Shown here: positions 35,970 to 44,568 of the stretch, one piece after another | Numbering within the stretch: the stretch's first letter is position 1 | Layout of the letters: the number at the start of each line of letters is the position of its first letter | Virus record (IMG/VR): IMGVR_UViG_3300035182_002586 | Location: 427,585-491,584 of that record | Strand: one strand, 5' to 3' | Length of the DNA: 64,000 nt | From: a virus | Notes under the pieces: generated by a model | Told to the model about the DNA's origin: nothing | Database searches by the model: none | The model's input: only the letters and a program-made list of their open reading frames with translations | Made by a program: the position numbers and the translations under genes

Positions 35970-36567
35970 CGTGATCCTTTCGGACCCACTTTCCAACCGC
36001 GCGTGAGAACTCGCCCTCTCCGAAGCCGCAGGCCCACCGAACGACGACGCCCTCCCTCTCCCCACCGCAGGCTGACGGCTGCACCGCGAAGCGCTCAACG
36101 ATGGCCTGGAGGTCCTGCGCTCGGGGTGCTGGAGCGGGCTGTGCGAGAACCGGGACTGTCGGTAGCCCGAGGGACGCCGCACACTCCTCGACCTCGGCCC
36201 ACGAGTGCCAACGGAGTGTCTGCGCGTTGCGTACTCCGAAGACGGTCAGGTAGGCGGGCAGCGCCGTGTAGGCGATCGAGTGCTTCGCCCAGAGCCACTC
36301 CCCGAACACCTGGAGGTTGTCGGGGATGCTGTCGCGCAACGACGCCCACAGAGCCTTGAAGGCGTCGAAGCTCGGGTGCGACGGCGGCTTCCCGTGGCTG
36401 CGCGCAAAACACCCCTCCCGTTCGAGGCTCACGTTGCTGCCGTCGAGCTTCTCGGTGAAGACGAGGGGCACCTTGAGGAGCGAACCGACGCTCTTCATGC
36501 GCTTGTCGTCGCTCTCGCCTCCAGGGGAGAACGGGAAGTGGGAGGTGCGGGGGTACTTGAGGCTCAT
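35905..36567 (-). CDS. ATP-dependent RNA ligase (Rnl/RNA_ligase family)
   Basis: N-term KYPRTSHFPFS and nucleotidyltransferase motif I TEKLDGSN. Confidence 0.7.
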   Translation of the reverse strand: MSLKYPRTSHFPFSPGGESDDKRMKSVGSLLKVPLVFTEKLDGSNVSLEREGCFARSHGKPPSHPSFDAFKALWASLRDSIPDNLQVFGEWLWAKHSIAYTALPAYLTVFGVRNAQTLRWHSWAEVEECAASLGLPTVPVLAQPAPAPRAQDLQAIVERFAVQPSACGGEREGVVVRWACGFGEGEFSRAVGKWVRKDHVSSGDHWMHGPVVRNGLRPTP

Positions 36568-36570
36568 GGC

Positions 36571-37443
36571 TCAACTCCGGGGCTTCCGTAGTCGGACCCA
36601 CTCCTCCGTCGTTCCCTCGAACCCCGACGGCTTCGGCCCGCACCCTACCGGCACGTCCTCGAACTCCCCAGGCCCCGTCTGAACCAGATACGTCTCAGGT
36701 TCGGGCACAGGCTCGAAGGCCGCAGCGGGGGGCAGGCAAAGACAGTCTCGCGAACGTCCACAGGTGTCGCAGTAGTACCCGCCGTCCGTGATGACACAGA
36801 GAGGGGCGGGGGGCGGGTTCTTCCGGCGCATCTTCGGGACGGGCTTGCCACAGAACGGGCAGAACCGACCCTCAGGATCCGTGTCGTAGTGACCATCCGG
36901 CGCGAGGTCCGTGTGGTAGCTCGTGCGCCACCACGCCTTACCTGTGATGGAGTCTGGGTCGACCCTGACCGTAAAGACGATCGCCGGGTGCACCCGCGCC
37001 TCTTCGCAGCATTCGAGACGCGGAATCGCGTTCTTCTGGAATCGCTGGTACTCGTCGAAGAGGTCGCTAAGCTCCCACCGCTCCTGTTCGGACAGTGCCT
37101 CCCCGTCCTCGTGACGCGCCGCGCCTTCCTTTGCACTGAGAACGCGGAACCGTTCGATACGGGTCAAGTCCATGCGAAGGGAGGTACACCATCGGAGTGC
37201 GTCGCGAAGCTCCCCCGTCGGAGCCAGCTCCCGGTTCCCATCCTCGGGGGTAATGAGCACCAGCGCGGACCCGACGACGTTCGTGTTCGCCGTGTTGCAC
37301 ACGTGGAACCGGCGCTCTGCCCGATCGACCACGGTGGTGCCCGCATTCGGCCGCGCGAAGAGCTTCGTCTCTGCCGACCGGAGCATCACTGCCCATGCGT
37401 CCATCGAGGGCGAGAAGCGGCTGTCGAGGATCTCGTAGACCAT
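36571..37443 (-). CDS. hypothetical zinc-ribbon protein 290 aa
   Basis: internal ATG (TGATG overlap with upstream stop); CPFCGKP..CDTCG. Confidence 0.6.
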   Translation of the reverse strand: MVYEILDSRFSPSMDAWAVMLRSAETKLFARPNAGTTVVDRAERRFHVCNTANTNVVGSALVLITPEDGNRELAPTGELRDALRWCTSLRMDLTRIERFRVLSAKEGAARHEDGEALSEQERWELSDLFDEYQRFQKNAIPRLECCEEARVHPAIVFTVRVDPDSITGKAWWRTSYHTDLAPDGHYDTDPEGRFCPFCGKPVPKMRRKNPPPAPLCVITDGGYYCDTCGRSRDCLCLPPAAAFEPVPEPETYLVQTGPGEFEDVPVGCGPKPSGFEGTTEEWVRLRKPRS

Positions 37444-37919
37444 CAGAACACCGCCAGTGCCCCAGCCACGAAGCCCTCGGAGTAGACGACGAGGGCTTCG
37501 CGCTTCTTTTTGGTGAACGAGTCCCACTCGTTCACGGCGATCCCGAGCTTCCCGGTGGGGCCACCGTGGACCTTGATGTCCCAGATGTGATCGTCCCGGT
37601 CCAGAGACCAGAGGACTTCCTTGAGGTTCGCGGCCAGAGCTTCGAGAACCTTGACCTCGCTGCACGTCACCAGGCGAACGTAGCGGCCGCTGTACTCCTC
37701 CTGCCAGACGGGGCACTCGGGCCGCCCGTCGATGCCGCCCCAGCAGTAGTCGCTGAACGGGTCTCCGAGTCCCTTCCGAGAGCAGTCGATGTCCTCTGCG
37801 CTCGGCTTGTAGTCCCCACAGCCGGGGCAGACCTCGCCGCTCCCGACCCTAGGGGCACTCTCGCCTTCGCCTTCCGCCTTGGTGGCGTCCTCCCCGGGGA
37901 GCACTTCGTCGTCTTCCAT
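37443..37919 (-). CDS. hypothetical Cys-rich protein 158 aa
   Basis: GGTGTACTTTGGGGGC-ATG. Confidence 0.55.
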   Translation of the reverse strand: MEDDEVLPGEDATKAEGEGESAPRVGSGEVCPGCGDYKPSAEDIDCSRKGLGDPFSDYCWGGIDGRPECPVWQEEYSGRYVRLVTCSEVKVLEALAANLKEVLWSLDRDDHIWDIKVHGGPTGKLGIAVNEWDSFTKKKREALVVYSEGFVAGALAVF

Positions 37920-38004
37920 GCCCCCAAAGTACACCGGGAACCGGCACCCGAAAGAAAGTTGAGGGAGCCGATGGATCAGCACCCCCTCGCACGGTAGTAG
38001 GAGC

Positions 38005-38652
38005 ATGGCCCGCTACCTCCCCAAGAAGACCGGCGCACACACCTACGACAACAACGTCCTCGTCGCGAGCGAGATCGGCCTCACGGTCAAGGTCTACTCC
38101 GAGAGCGTCCAGGTCATGTCGGACATCTTCGAGTACCAGACCTTCGCGGTTTGCTACAACCAGGCGACGGACTCGTTCGAGTCGCGGTACGTGAACTCGG
38201 ACTACGGCTCCACGACGGCGTACGCCGAGGTCGACGCCGAGCCCGAGCTGATGGTCCGCTACGCGGCGTGGCAGGTCGAGCAGGCGGCGGAGAACGCCGG
38301 CTTCCACCACTCGCGCGAGCTGGACGAAGCGCGGAACGAGCTGCGTCACGTCAAGTACGGCCGCAACGTCAAGGTTGTCCGTGGCCGCAAGGTCCCGGTG
38401 GGCACGACCGGTCGCGTGTTCTGGACCGGCGACAGCAAGTACGGCGCCCGCGTGGGCATCGAGCTGGCCTCCGGCGAACGCGTGTTCACGGCGACCCACA
38501 ACGTCGAGGTCGAGGTCGACCCGGCCGAGGTCGCGAAGGTCGAGACGGTGTTCGCCAAGAGCGCCGTCCGCCAGGCGGCCAAGTTCGCCGCCGAGCGTGC
38601 CGCTGCGGTGGCGGCTGCCGAAGCGAAATACGCGGCCGCCCTGGCCGCGTGA
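38005..38652 (+). CDS. hypothetical protein 215 aa
   Basis: full motif CGATGGATCAGC-N-GGTAGTAGGAGC-ATG. Confidence 0.75.
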   Translation: MARYLPKKTGAHTYDNNVLVASEIGLTVKVYSESVQVMSDIFEYQTFAVCYNQATDSFESRYVNSDYGSTTAYAEVDAEPELMVRYAAWQVEQAAENAGFHHSRELDEARNELRHVKYGRNVKVVRGRKVPVGTTGRVFWTGDSKYGARVGIELASGERVFTATHNVEVEVDPAEVAKVETVFAKSAVRQAAKFAAERAAAVAAAEAKYAAALAA

Positions 38653-38678
38653 CCCCAACGAGACGAAAAGAGGCACCC

Positions 38679-39035
38679 GTGGGAATCATCGCAGACATCT
38701 ACCGAAGTGGCATGGGCGACTGCTCCAACGGGGGCCTCTCGTCGAAGCACCAGAAGGTCTTGATCGTGAACGCCGAAGGGCCATTCGATCCGACCCCGAC
38801 GTGCCCGGCCGTCCTGCTCCGCAAGGGGCCGATCAACACCATCCACGCGGTCCCCGCCAAGCTCGACGTGTACGGCAAGTGGGTCCCCGAAGACGAGACG
38901 TTCAGCTTCGGGGGCACCTACGTCGCGTGCTGCGACAGCCGCTTCGGCGCCGCGGTCCGCCGGGTCGGCGGGCAGGACATCTACGGCGCGATCGCGTTCC
39001 ACGACCGTCCCTGGTCCGACCTTGGGCCGGGCTGA
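38679..39035 (+). CDS. hypothetical protein ~118 aa
   Basis: AAAAGAGG-5nt-GTG. Confidence 0.45.
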   Translation: MGIIADIYRSGMGDCSNGGLSSKHQKVLIVNAEGPFDPTPTCPAVLLRKGPINTIHAVPAKLDVYGKWVPEDETFSFGGTYVACCDSRFGAAVRRVGGQDIYGAIAFHDRPWSDLGPG

Positions 39036-39121
39036 GAGGCCGCCCGATTCCCGATGGGTCACCCCGGAGGGCGCGTTGTAGTCCCGAACGCGCTCCCAAC
39101 CCCAACCCTCAGGAGTGTGCC

Positions 39122-39331
39122 CTCATGGCTCGTTTCGACCTCAAAGAGATCCTGGACATCTGCGTCACCAAGCACGGCTGCCGTATCGAGTACTATGGAT
39201 CACACGTCCGCGTGCTGCCGCCCGACCCGAAGATGGGCATGGTCGGGATCTCGCAGCACCCGAGCGATCACCGGGCGATCCGGAACTTCATCGCGCAGCT
39301 CCGGCGCGCGGGCATCGACGTGAAGGTGTAA
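39122..39331 (+). CDS. HicA/YcfA-like small protein 69 aa
   Basis: AGGAG SD; KEILDICVTKHGCRIEYYGSHVRVLPPD..HRAIRNFIAQLRRAGI. Confidence 0.45.
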   Translation, partial: LMARFDLKEILDICVTKHGCRIEYYGSHVRVLPPDPKMGMVGISQHPSDHRAIRNFIAQLRRAGIDVKV

Positions 39332-39340
39332 GAGGATCCC

Positions 39341-39751
39341 ATGACCTGCGAGCACCTGACCGGCTGCCACAAGAACTCGAAGGGCGATCGCGTCTGCAAC
39401 GGCTGTGGTCTTGTGAATCCCCGCCGGCACTCGTGGCGGGGCCGCAAGCACGACGTGAAGTGCCGCCACTGCGGGATGGTCCGCAAGCACCTCGGGGGCG
39501 GCGTGTGGGCCTGCCAGACCAAGGACGGCAAAGCCCTCGTCGGAAGCGTGCACGAGTGCCCGCCAGAGCCCGAGGTGTGCGGGGACAAGGTGATCGTCGC
39601 CGACGGTGAGCAGGTCACGTGCTCCCTGGAGAAGGATCACCCGGTCGTGGGCATCGACAACGGCAAGACCCGCAAGTACCAGTTCCACCAAGGTGGCGAG
39701 TGGGTGTGGGACGAGAAGTGCGCCTGGAAGAAAGGCGAGGAACCACGATGA
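39341..39751 (+). CDS. Cys-rich protein 136 aa
   Basis: ORF track. Confidence 0.6.
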   Translation: MTCEHLTGCHKNSKGDRVCNGCGLVNPRRHSWRGRKHDVKCRHCGMVRKHLGGGVWACQTKDGKALVGSVHECPPEPEVCGDKVIVADGEQVTCSLEKDHPVVGIDNGKTRKYQFHQGGEWVWDEKCAWKKGEEPR

Positions 39752-40488
39752 ACGCCGTGTTCCGCATCGTCCGTTGGGTGCTCGGCCAGTTGTGGGAGAA
39801 GATCAACCTCCCGGCCATCTACCGGGAGCTGCGCGCCCTCGGCAAGAAGCACGGCAAGCGGTTCTTCTGGGCGGCGCTCATCTGGGAGCTGATCGAAGAT
39901 GTGCTCTTCCCGTACCTCTCGTGGCTCGCCGGGATGCCCGAGCTGATCCCCCTCTTCCTCGTGCTCCACTTCGAGCCCATCGTCTACCCCGTCTTCTTCT
40001 GGGCCTTCCGCACGTACGACCGCTACAAGGACCGCGAGCCATGGGAGCCGGACCGCAGCGCGCAGTCGAGCCACTGGCGCTCGGCCGTGAAGGTCGGTGT
40101 ATACAAGGTCGCCTCGCTCGGGTGGTTCACCGCCGTCTTCCTCGCGTGGCACGCGACGCCGAAGATGCTCGTCCTGTACGCCGTCCTGATGGCCCTCTTC
40201 GGGTTCATCCACGAGCGCATCTGGCACGACTCGAACTACGGGATCCTCCCGAACGATGTGGTTGAGGTCCGCCGAATCACCATGAAGGCCCTCACGTACC
40301 GCATCGTGTCGACGATGATCTTCTACCCCTTCCTTCGCGCCACCCTCGGGACGGTGCCCTGGAAGCTCCTCCTGCTCTGCCAGGGAGTCGGGCTCGTCCT
40401 CTACATCGTCCTCGAATCCGTGTGGGCGCGCTCCATGTGGGGCTGCTCCCCCGTCTCGCAACCCAAGACTGAGGAAGTGCCATGCTGA
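39748..40488 (+). CDS. polytopic membrane protein 246 aa
   Basis: ATGA overlap; multiple hydrophobic helices. Confidence 0.7.
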   Translation: MNAVFRIVRWVLGQLWEKINLPAIYRELRALGKKHGKRFFWAALIWELIEDVLFPYLSWLAGMPELIPLFLVLHFEPIVYPVFFWAFRTYDRYKDREPWEPDRSAQSSHWRSAVKVGVYKVASLGWFTAVFLAWHATPKMLVLYAVLMALFGFIHERIWHDSNYGILPNDVVEVRRITMKALTYRIVSTMIFYPFLRATLGTVPWKLLLLCQGVGLVLYIVLESVWARSMWGCSPVSQPKTEEVPC

Positions 40489-40667
40489 CCGACGCCATGA
40501 AGCGTGAAATCGTGGAGTACACCCTGGCCTTCTCGAAGGGCCTCATCGAAGACGACCAGTCGTGCCCCGAGGTCTGCAAGGCCGTCGACGACAAGGCCGT
40601 CACGTGGGGCGAGCTGGAAGAGTACGTGGAGAAGTGCAAGGAGGCCCTCCTCAAGAATCTCCCCTGA
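40482..40667 (+). CDS. hypothetical protein 61 aa
   Basis: ORF track. Confidence 0.5.
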   Translation: MLTDAMKREIVEYTLAFSKGLIEDDQSCPEVCKAVDDKAVTWGELEEYVEKCKEALLKNLP

Positions 40668-40706
40668 CCCGGATGGATCGTCGCCCCCTCGCACGGTAGT
40701 GGAGTC

Positions 40707-40943
40707 ATGGCCCTCGTCGTCCACGTCACCAAGTCGAAGTCGGTTGCCGTTGCCTCGTTCGCTGAGGCGGCCAAGCTCGTGGTCGCGCAGTGGGGCTCCA
40801 AGAGCTACCACGCGATGTACCGCGACCCCAAGGCGGGCATCATCGAGCAGGACGGCGTGCCCTACGCGCACGTCTCCTACAACGGCCGCGTGTGGGCGAC
40901 CCCGAACCGCCTCGCGAACAACGCCCCCGAGATCGCGATCTGA
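40707..40943 (+). CDS. hypothetical protein 78 aa
   Basis: full motif GGATGGATCG-N-GGTAGTGGAGTC-ATG. Confidence 0.65.
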   Translation: MALVVHVTKSKSVAVASFAEAAKLVVAQWGSKSYHAMYRDPKAGIIEQDGVPYAHVSYNGRVWATPNRLANNAPEIAI

Positions 40944-40965
40944 TGTCCCTAGTGTCGTAAGCACG

Positions 40966-41517
40966 TCACTTCCTGGAGTCGTGTGCGGCCACAACTTTGC
41001 GGCATAGAGCCACGAACTCCTCGTCAGACATGTCGTGCTTCGCAGTGTTGACCTCCAACAGAACCCATCGGAGGTTACCCCTTACGGAAAGGCCGCCTTT
41101 AGACCGCGGTACTATGTGATCCAGGCTAGCGTTGACCCCTGGAATAAGCGGCTCACCTGTCACCGCACACAGCCCACACTGTTCATCCCAGATAGACTGT
41201 AGAAGGGCCGTACCACCGTTCTTAGTTTGGAGCCCATATGGATTCCCGATGCCCTGGAACCAGTGGTACAGACAGAGAATGTTCGTCACCGCCTTCTGCT
41301 TACAGCGAATGCACCACCCGTTCGCCAGTCGCGCCCCTTTCCAAGACTTGATGTACGTCCTGTACTGTTCTCGTTGTTCACTGGTCAGAGGTTTTCGAGT
41401 GGTGCGGCGGCACTCCTTACAGGGCATTCTCGGCCGCCCACTCGTCATCGAGTAGAAGTCTTTTCGAGGTTTGGGGAGCGAGCAGTCCCGGCACCGGATC
41501 AGTTCTACGTCTGACAT
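40966..41517 (-). CDS. HNH endonuclease
   Basis: CGLCAVTG..ASLDHIVPRSKGG..NLRWVLLEVNTAKHD; markedly lower GC. Confidence 0.8.
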   Translation of the reverse strand: MSDVELIRCRDCSLPKPRKDFYSMTSGRPRMPCKECRRTTRKPLTSEQREQYRTYIKSWKGARLANGWCIRCKQKAVTNILCLYHWFQGIGNPYGLQTKNGGTALLQSIWDEQCGLCAVTGEPLIPGVNASLDHIVPRSKGGLSVRGNLRWVLLEVNTAKHDMSDEEFVALCRKVVAAHDSRK

Positions 41518-41533
41518 TTGCTACCTAAGAGCT

Positions 41534-42544
41534 ATGACACACCTCGACAAGATCGGCTTCTACACCCTGCAAGACGAACGCGCCCGCACGTGTAGCACCA
41601 CGTCCCCCATGACACGGGCGTGCTTCATGATCACCGGGCGTTGTAACTTCCGTTGCGTTTATTGCAACGGCTCGGTGTGCGACCGGGACTTCACCGTCGA
41701 GCAGGTTGGCGCGCTGCTCACGGACCTAGCCAACCACCAGATCCAGGCGGTCCGCTTCACGGGCGGGGAGCCGACCTTGCACCGTGACCTGCTCACGATG
41801 GTTCGGACCGCGCGCGACCTCGGGATCCCGAAGATCGCCGTCTCGACGAACGGGGCCGCACGCCCCGAGCTGTACCGCGAGCTGGTCGAGGCCGGGGTCA
41901 ACGACTTCTCGATCTCGGCCGACTGCCAAGACCTGGAGCTGGCCGCGAAGCTCTCGGGCCGCCCGGGGACGTGGGACCGGGTGAAAGAGAACATCCGGAT
42001 GCTCTCGAAGCTCACCTACGTGATCATCGGGACCACCATCACGGAAGAGAACCTCGCGCAGATCCCGGAGACACTGGCGTTTCTCGGAGCCCTTGGGGTG
42101 GCCGACATCAAGCTGGCGACGGCGACACAGCTCAGGAGGGATATCCCCCTCGACATTCTCGACAAGATCTCGCCCGAGCTGCTCGAACGGATGCCCGTCC
42201 TACGCTACCGGATCGAGCACTACAAGGCCGGGAGACCGGTTCGGGGGCTCGTCGAGGGTCGGGACAGCCACCACTGCTGGTGGGTCCAGGACGACATCGT
42301 GCTGACCCCCGATGGCCACTACCCGTGCATCGTGTACCCCCGGGAGAAGGGGACGCCGATCGGACCCCTCGCGTCCGTGGCGGAGATGCGGGAAGCCCGC
42401 CTCGCGTGGGCGCGCAGCCGGGACACCCACGAGGATCCCATCTGCGTGCCCTACTGCATGGACATCTTCGCCGACTGCAACAAGCGGATCGAGGACCTCC
42501 AGGGGCTCGTCCCGGCTTCCAGGCTGAGGCGAACCACGGCCTGA
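41534..42544 (+). CDS. radical SAM protein, MoaA-like with C-terminal twitch-like Cys region
   Basis: CNFRCVYC, GGEPTL, VSTNGA; C-term HHCWW..DGHYPCIV..ICVPYC..DC; start 17 nt from divergent HNH start. Confidence 0.8.
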   Translation: MTHLDKIGFYTLQDERARTCSTTSPMTRACFMITGRCNFRCVYCNGSVCDRDFTVEQVGALLTDLANHQIQAVRFTGGEPTLHRDLLTMVRTARDLGIPKIAVSTNGAARPELYRELVEAGVNDFSISADCQDLELAAKLSGRPGTWDRVKENIRMLSKLTYVIIGTTITEENLAQIPETLAFLGALGVADIKLATATQLRRDIPLDILDKISPELLERMPVLRYRIEHYKAGRPVRGLVEGRDSHHCWWVQDDIVLTPDGHYPCIVYPREKGTPIGPLASVAEMREARLAWARSRDTHEDPICVPYCMDIFADCNKRIEDLQGLVPASRLRRTTA

Positions 42545-42588
42545 ACTTTCCCCGATGGATCGATCCCGGGTCGCGTTGTAGAGGGTAC

Positions 42589-43248
42589 ATGGCCCTCATT
42601 CACACCATCCAGGTCGTCGACGAGAAGCGCAACCACTCAACCGTCAGCTCGACCCGCAAGAGCGAGACGCGCCGCTACCTGGCGTGCATCGTCGCGACGA
42701 CGACCGAGGCGAGCCTCAAGATCGACGCCGGCAAGAAGGCGGCCGTCGAGGCCGAGCTGGTGACCGCCAAGGCCCGGCTGGCCGAGCTGACGGCCAAGTT
42801 CGGGATGACCCCGGAAGAGGCCGAGGCCAAGCACGAGGTCGAGAGCGACCGTTGGTACAACCGTGAAGACGGGATCTTCGAGACGGGCCAACGCATCCGT
42901 CTGGCGAAGAGTGGGAGCACGTACGGCCACGTCCACAACCTGGACAGCATCGTCAAGGCCGACCTCCTCGCGCGCGGCTTCGTTGACCCCTATGACAAGA
43001 GCGGGACGTACGGCATCTGCGACGTGTACTCCACCGTCCGGCGTTGCGAAGCCACCCTCAAGGGCTGGTTCAAGCTCACCCTTGGCTCGGAAGGCGTCAT
43101 CTCGTGGCACGGGACGACGGACCTGGCGCAGAAGGCGATGGGCAGCCTCGACTACATCCGCGAGCGGGGCGACACGCTGGCCATCCGTACGGACATCACC
43201 ATCACCGAGACCAAGAAGCGCGCCAAGAAGAACGAAGCGGCGGAGTGA
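42589..43248 (+). CDS. hypothetical protein 219 aa
   Basis: full motif CGATGGATCGATCC-N-GTTGTAGAGGGTAC-ATG. Confidence 0.7.
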   Translation: MALIHTIQVVDEKRNHSTVSSTRKSETRRYLACIVATTTEASLKIDAGKKAAVEAELVTAKARLAELTAKFGMTPEEAEAKHEVESDRWYNREDGIFETGQRIRLAKSGSTYGHVHNLDSIVKADLLARGFVDPYDKSGTYGICDVYSTVRRCEATLKGWFKLTLGSEGVISWHGTTDLAQKAMGSLDYIRERGDTLAIRTDITITETKKRAKKNEAAE

Positions 43249-43266
43249 CCCTCGGGCACCACCAGC

Positions 43267-43322
43267 TCTCAGATCTGATAGATCAGCGCCTCAAAGTGGC
43301 GACAATATACCAGATCTGAGAG
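43267..43322. promoter_or_regulatory. 12-bp perfect inverted repeat CTCTCAGATCTG..CAGATCTGAGAG flanking a 32-bp AT-richer spacer with inner GCGCC/GGCGA stem
   Basis: seen directly in intergenic region. Confidence 0.4.
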
Positions 43323-43353
43323 TCCACGGGGTGTATGGACGGAGGACTGAACC

Positions 43354-43632
43354 ATGAGCTACGACCCCGACGAGGACTACGACGACGAGGACTACGACGA
43401 CGAGGACTACGACGACGAGGATGCGGGCGACTTCGACCTCGACGACGAGGACGACCGCTCGATGTTCGCCGACCCCGGTGGCAAGAGCGCCCTGCGCGCG
43501 GCGACCCCGGACAACCCCCGGGACCTCCCGTGCCCGACCTGCCACCAGCCGGACAAGCTCACGCCCGCCGACAAGGCGCTCGGCTACCAGTGCGACGACT
43601 GCGCCGACCGGGCCGAGGGCGGGGGCTATTGA
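43354..43632 (+). CDS. highly acidic DEDYD-repeat protein with C-terminal zinc finger
   Basis: GGAGGA SD; three 15-nt coding repeats; CPTC..CDDC. Confidence 0.65.
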   Translation: MSYDPDEDYDDEDYDDEDYDDEDAGDFDLDDEDDRSMFADPGGKSALRAATPDNPRDLPCPTCHQPDKLTPADKALGYQCDDCADRAEGGGY

Positions 43633-43841
43633 TGCCCAAGCCGAAGAAGCCGAGCCGCAAGGACCTCCACAAGGCCGCGCAGAAGCTCCTCTTCGCGCTC
43701 GCGATCTACCCGAACTACCGCGTCGACAGCCGGGGCCCGAGGGGGTGCCTCCTCGACGCGCTCGATGTTCTCGACCCCAAGGCAGCGGCTAAGCTCCGAG
43801 ACGGACAAGACGCCCACGACCTGCTCGATGAGGAAGGCTGA
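43632..43841 (+). CDS. hypothetical protein 69 aa
   Basis: overlapping start/stop. Confidence 0.5.
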   Translation: MPKPKKPSRKDLHKAAQKLLFALAIYPNYRVDSRGPRGCLLDALDVLDPKAAAKLRDGQDAHDLLDEEG

Positions 43842-43843
43842 CC

Positions 43844-44011
43844 ATGCACGTCTGCAAGGAAGAGACGAAGGAAGTCGTGCTCCCGGTCCTTGGCCGCTGC
43901 ACCGTGGCCGAGGTCAAGAACGAACCCGGCCACTACCTGTGGCTGGACCTCATGGGTTGGCACGACTGCACGCGGGGCGAAGACGCCATCATCCGGAGCC
44001 AGAAGTCGTGA
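43844..44011 (+). CDS. small Cys-containing protein ~55 aa (missed by ORF track)
   Basis: GAGGAAGG-6nt-ATG; GTGA coupling to next gene. Confidence 0.3.
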   Translation: MHVCKEETKEVVLPVLGRCTVAEVKNEPGHYLWLDLMGWHDCTRGEDAIIRSQKS

Positions 44012-44388
44012 ACCAGCGCGATGTCGTGTACCCCGGCCACCCGATCACCGTGGCCCTCATCATCACGCAGGTGTTCCCCAACTTCGAGGGGGCCAACTAC
44101 AACGCGCTCGGTTCCAGCGCCATTCCCGGTGCGGGCGGCAACGTCCACCAGGCGCTCGACCTCCTCCGGGACGCGAAAGACGGCAAACCCCTCGACGAGG
44201 TGTTCGCGGAAGCCGACAAGGCTTGGGCCGAGTGTGATGCACAGGCGAAGGGAGGCTACGCCGGCAACGAGGAGCACCGCAACCACTTCGTCGAACGCTG
44301 GATGGAAGGTCAGGAGCAGGCGGACAAGGTGAAGGACGAGCTGCGCGCCCGCCTCACCCCCTGGCTACTCGCTGTCCCGGGCCGCTAG
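44008..44388 (+). CDS. hypothetical protein 126 aa
   Basis: GTG overlapping upstream stop. Confidence 0.55.
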   Translation: MNQRDVVYPGHPITVALIITQVFPNFEGANYNALGSSAIPGAGGNVHQALDLLRDAKDGKPLDEVFAEADKAWAECDAQAKGGYAGNEEHRNHFVERWMEGQEQADKVKDELRARLTPWLLAVPGR

Positions 44389-44565
44389 GCGGAGCGCCTC
44401 TTCACGCGCGCCACGCTTGGCAGCGCGCTTCATCCGCTTCTCGACCGCCCGATCCGCCTTGGTCTTCGGGTTGCTGGAAGTCCCGTGCGGCCGCCCATCG
44501 ATGTAGGCTTGCACGGTCCCGGATCCGTAGACCTCACGTCCGAGACGCTTTTCCATCGTCGCCAT
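44365..44565 (-). CDS. small basic protein 66 aa
   Basis: ORF track. Confidence 0.4.
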   Translation of the reverse strand: MATMEKRLGREVYGSGTVQAYIDGRPHGTSSNPKTKADRAVEKRMKRAAKRGAREEALRLAARDSE

Positions 44566-44568
44566 GAC

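Noticed and set aside
39122-39331. HicA-HicB toxin-antitoxin pair
   Set aside because: Only the HicA-like half is recognisable. Neither neighbour resembles HicB (RNase-H fold + HTH), so calling a TA system is not supported.
43366-43425. Tandem 15-nt DNA repeat (gaggactacgacgac x3) as a regulatory iteron
   Set aside because: It lies inside an open reading frame with a good SD and simply encodes the DEDYD peptide repeat.
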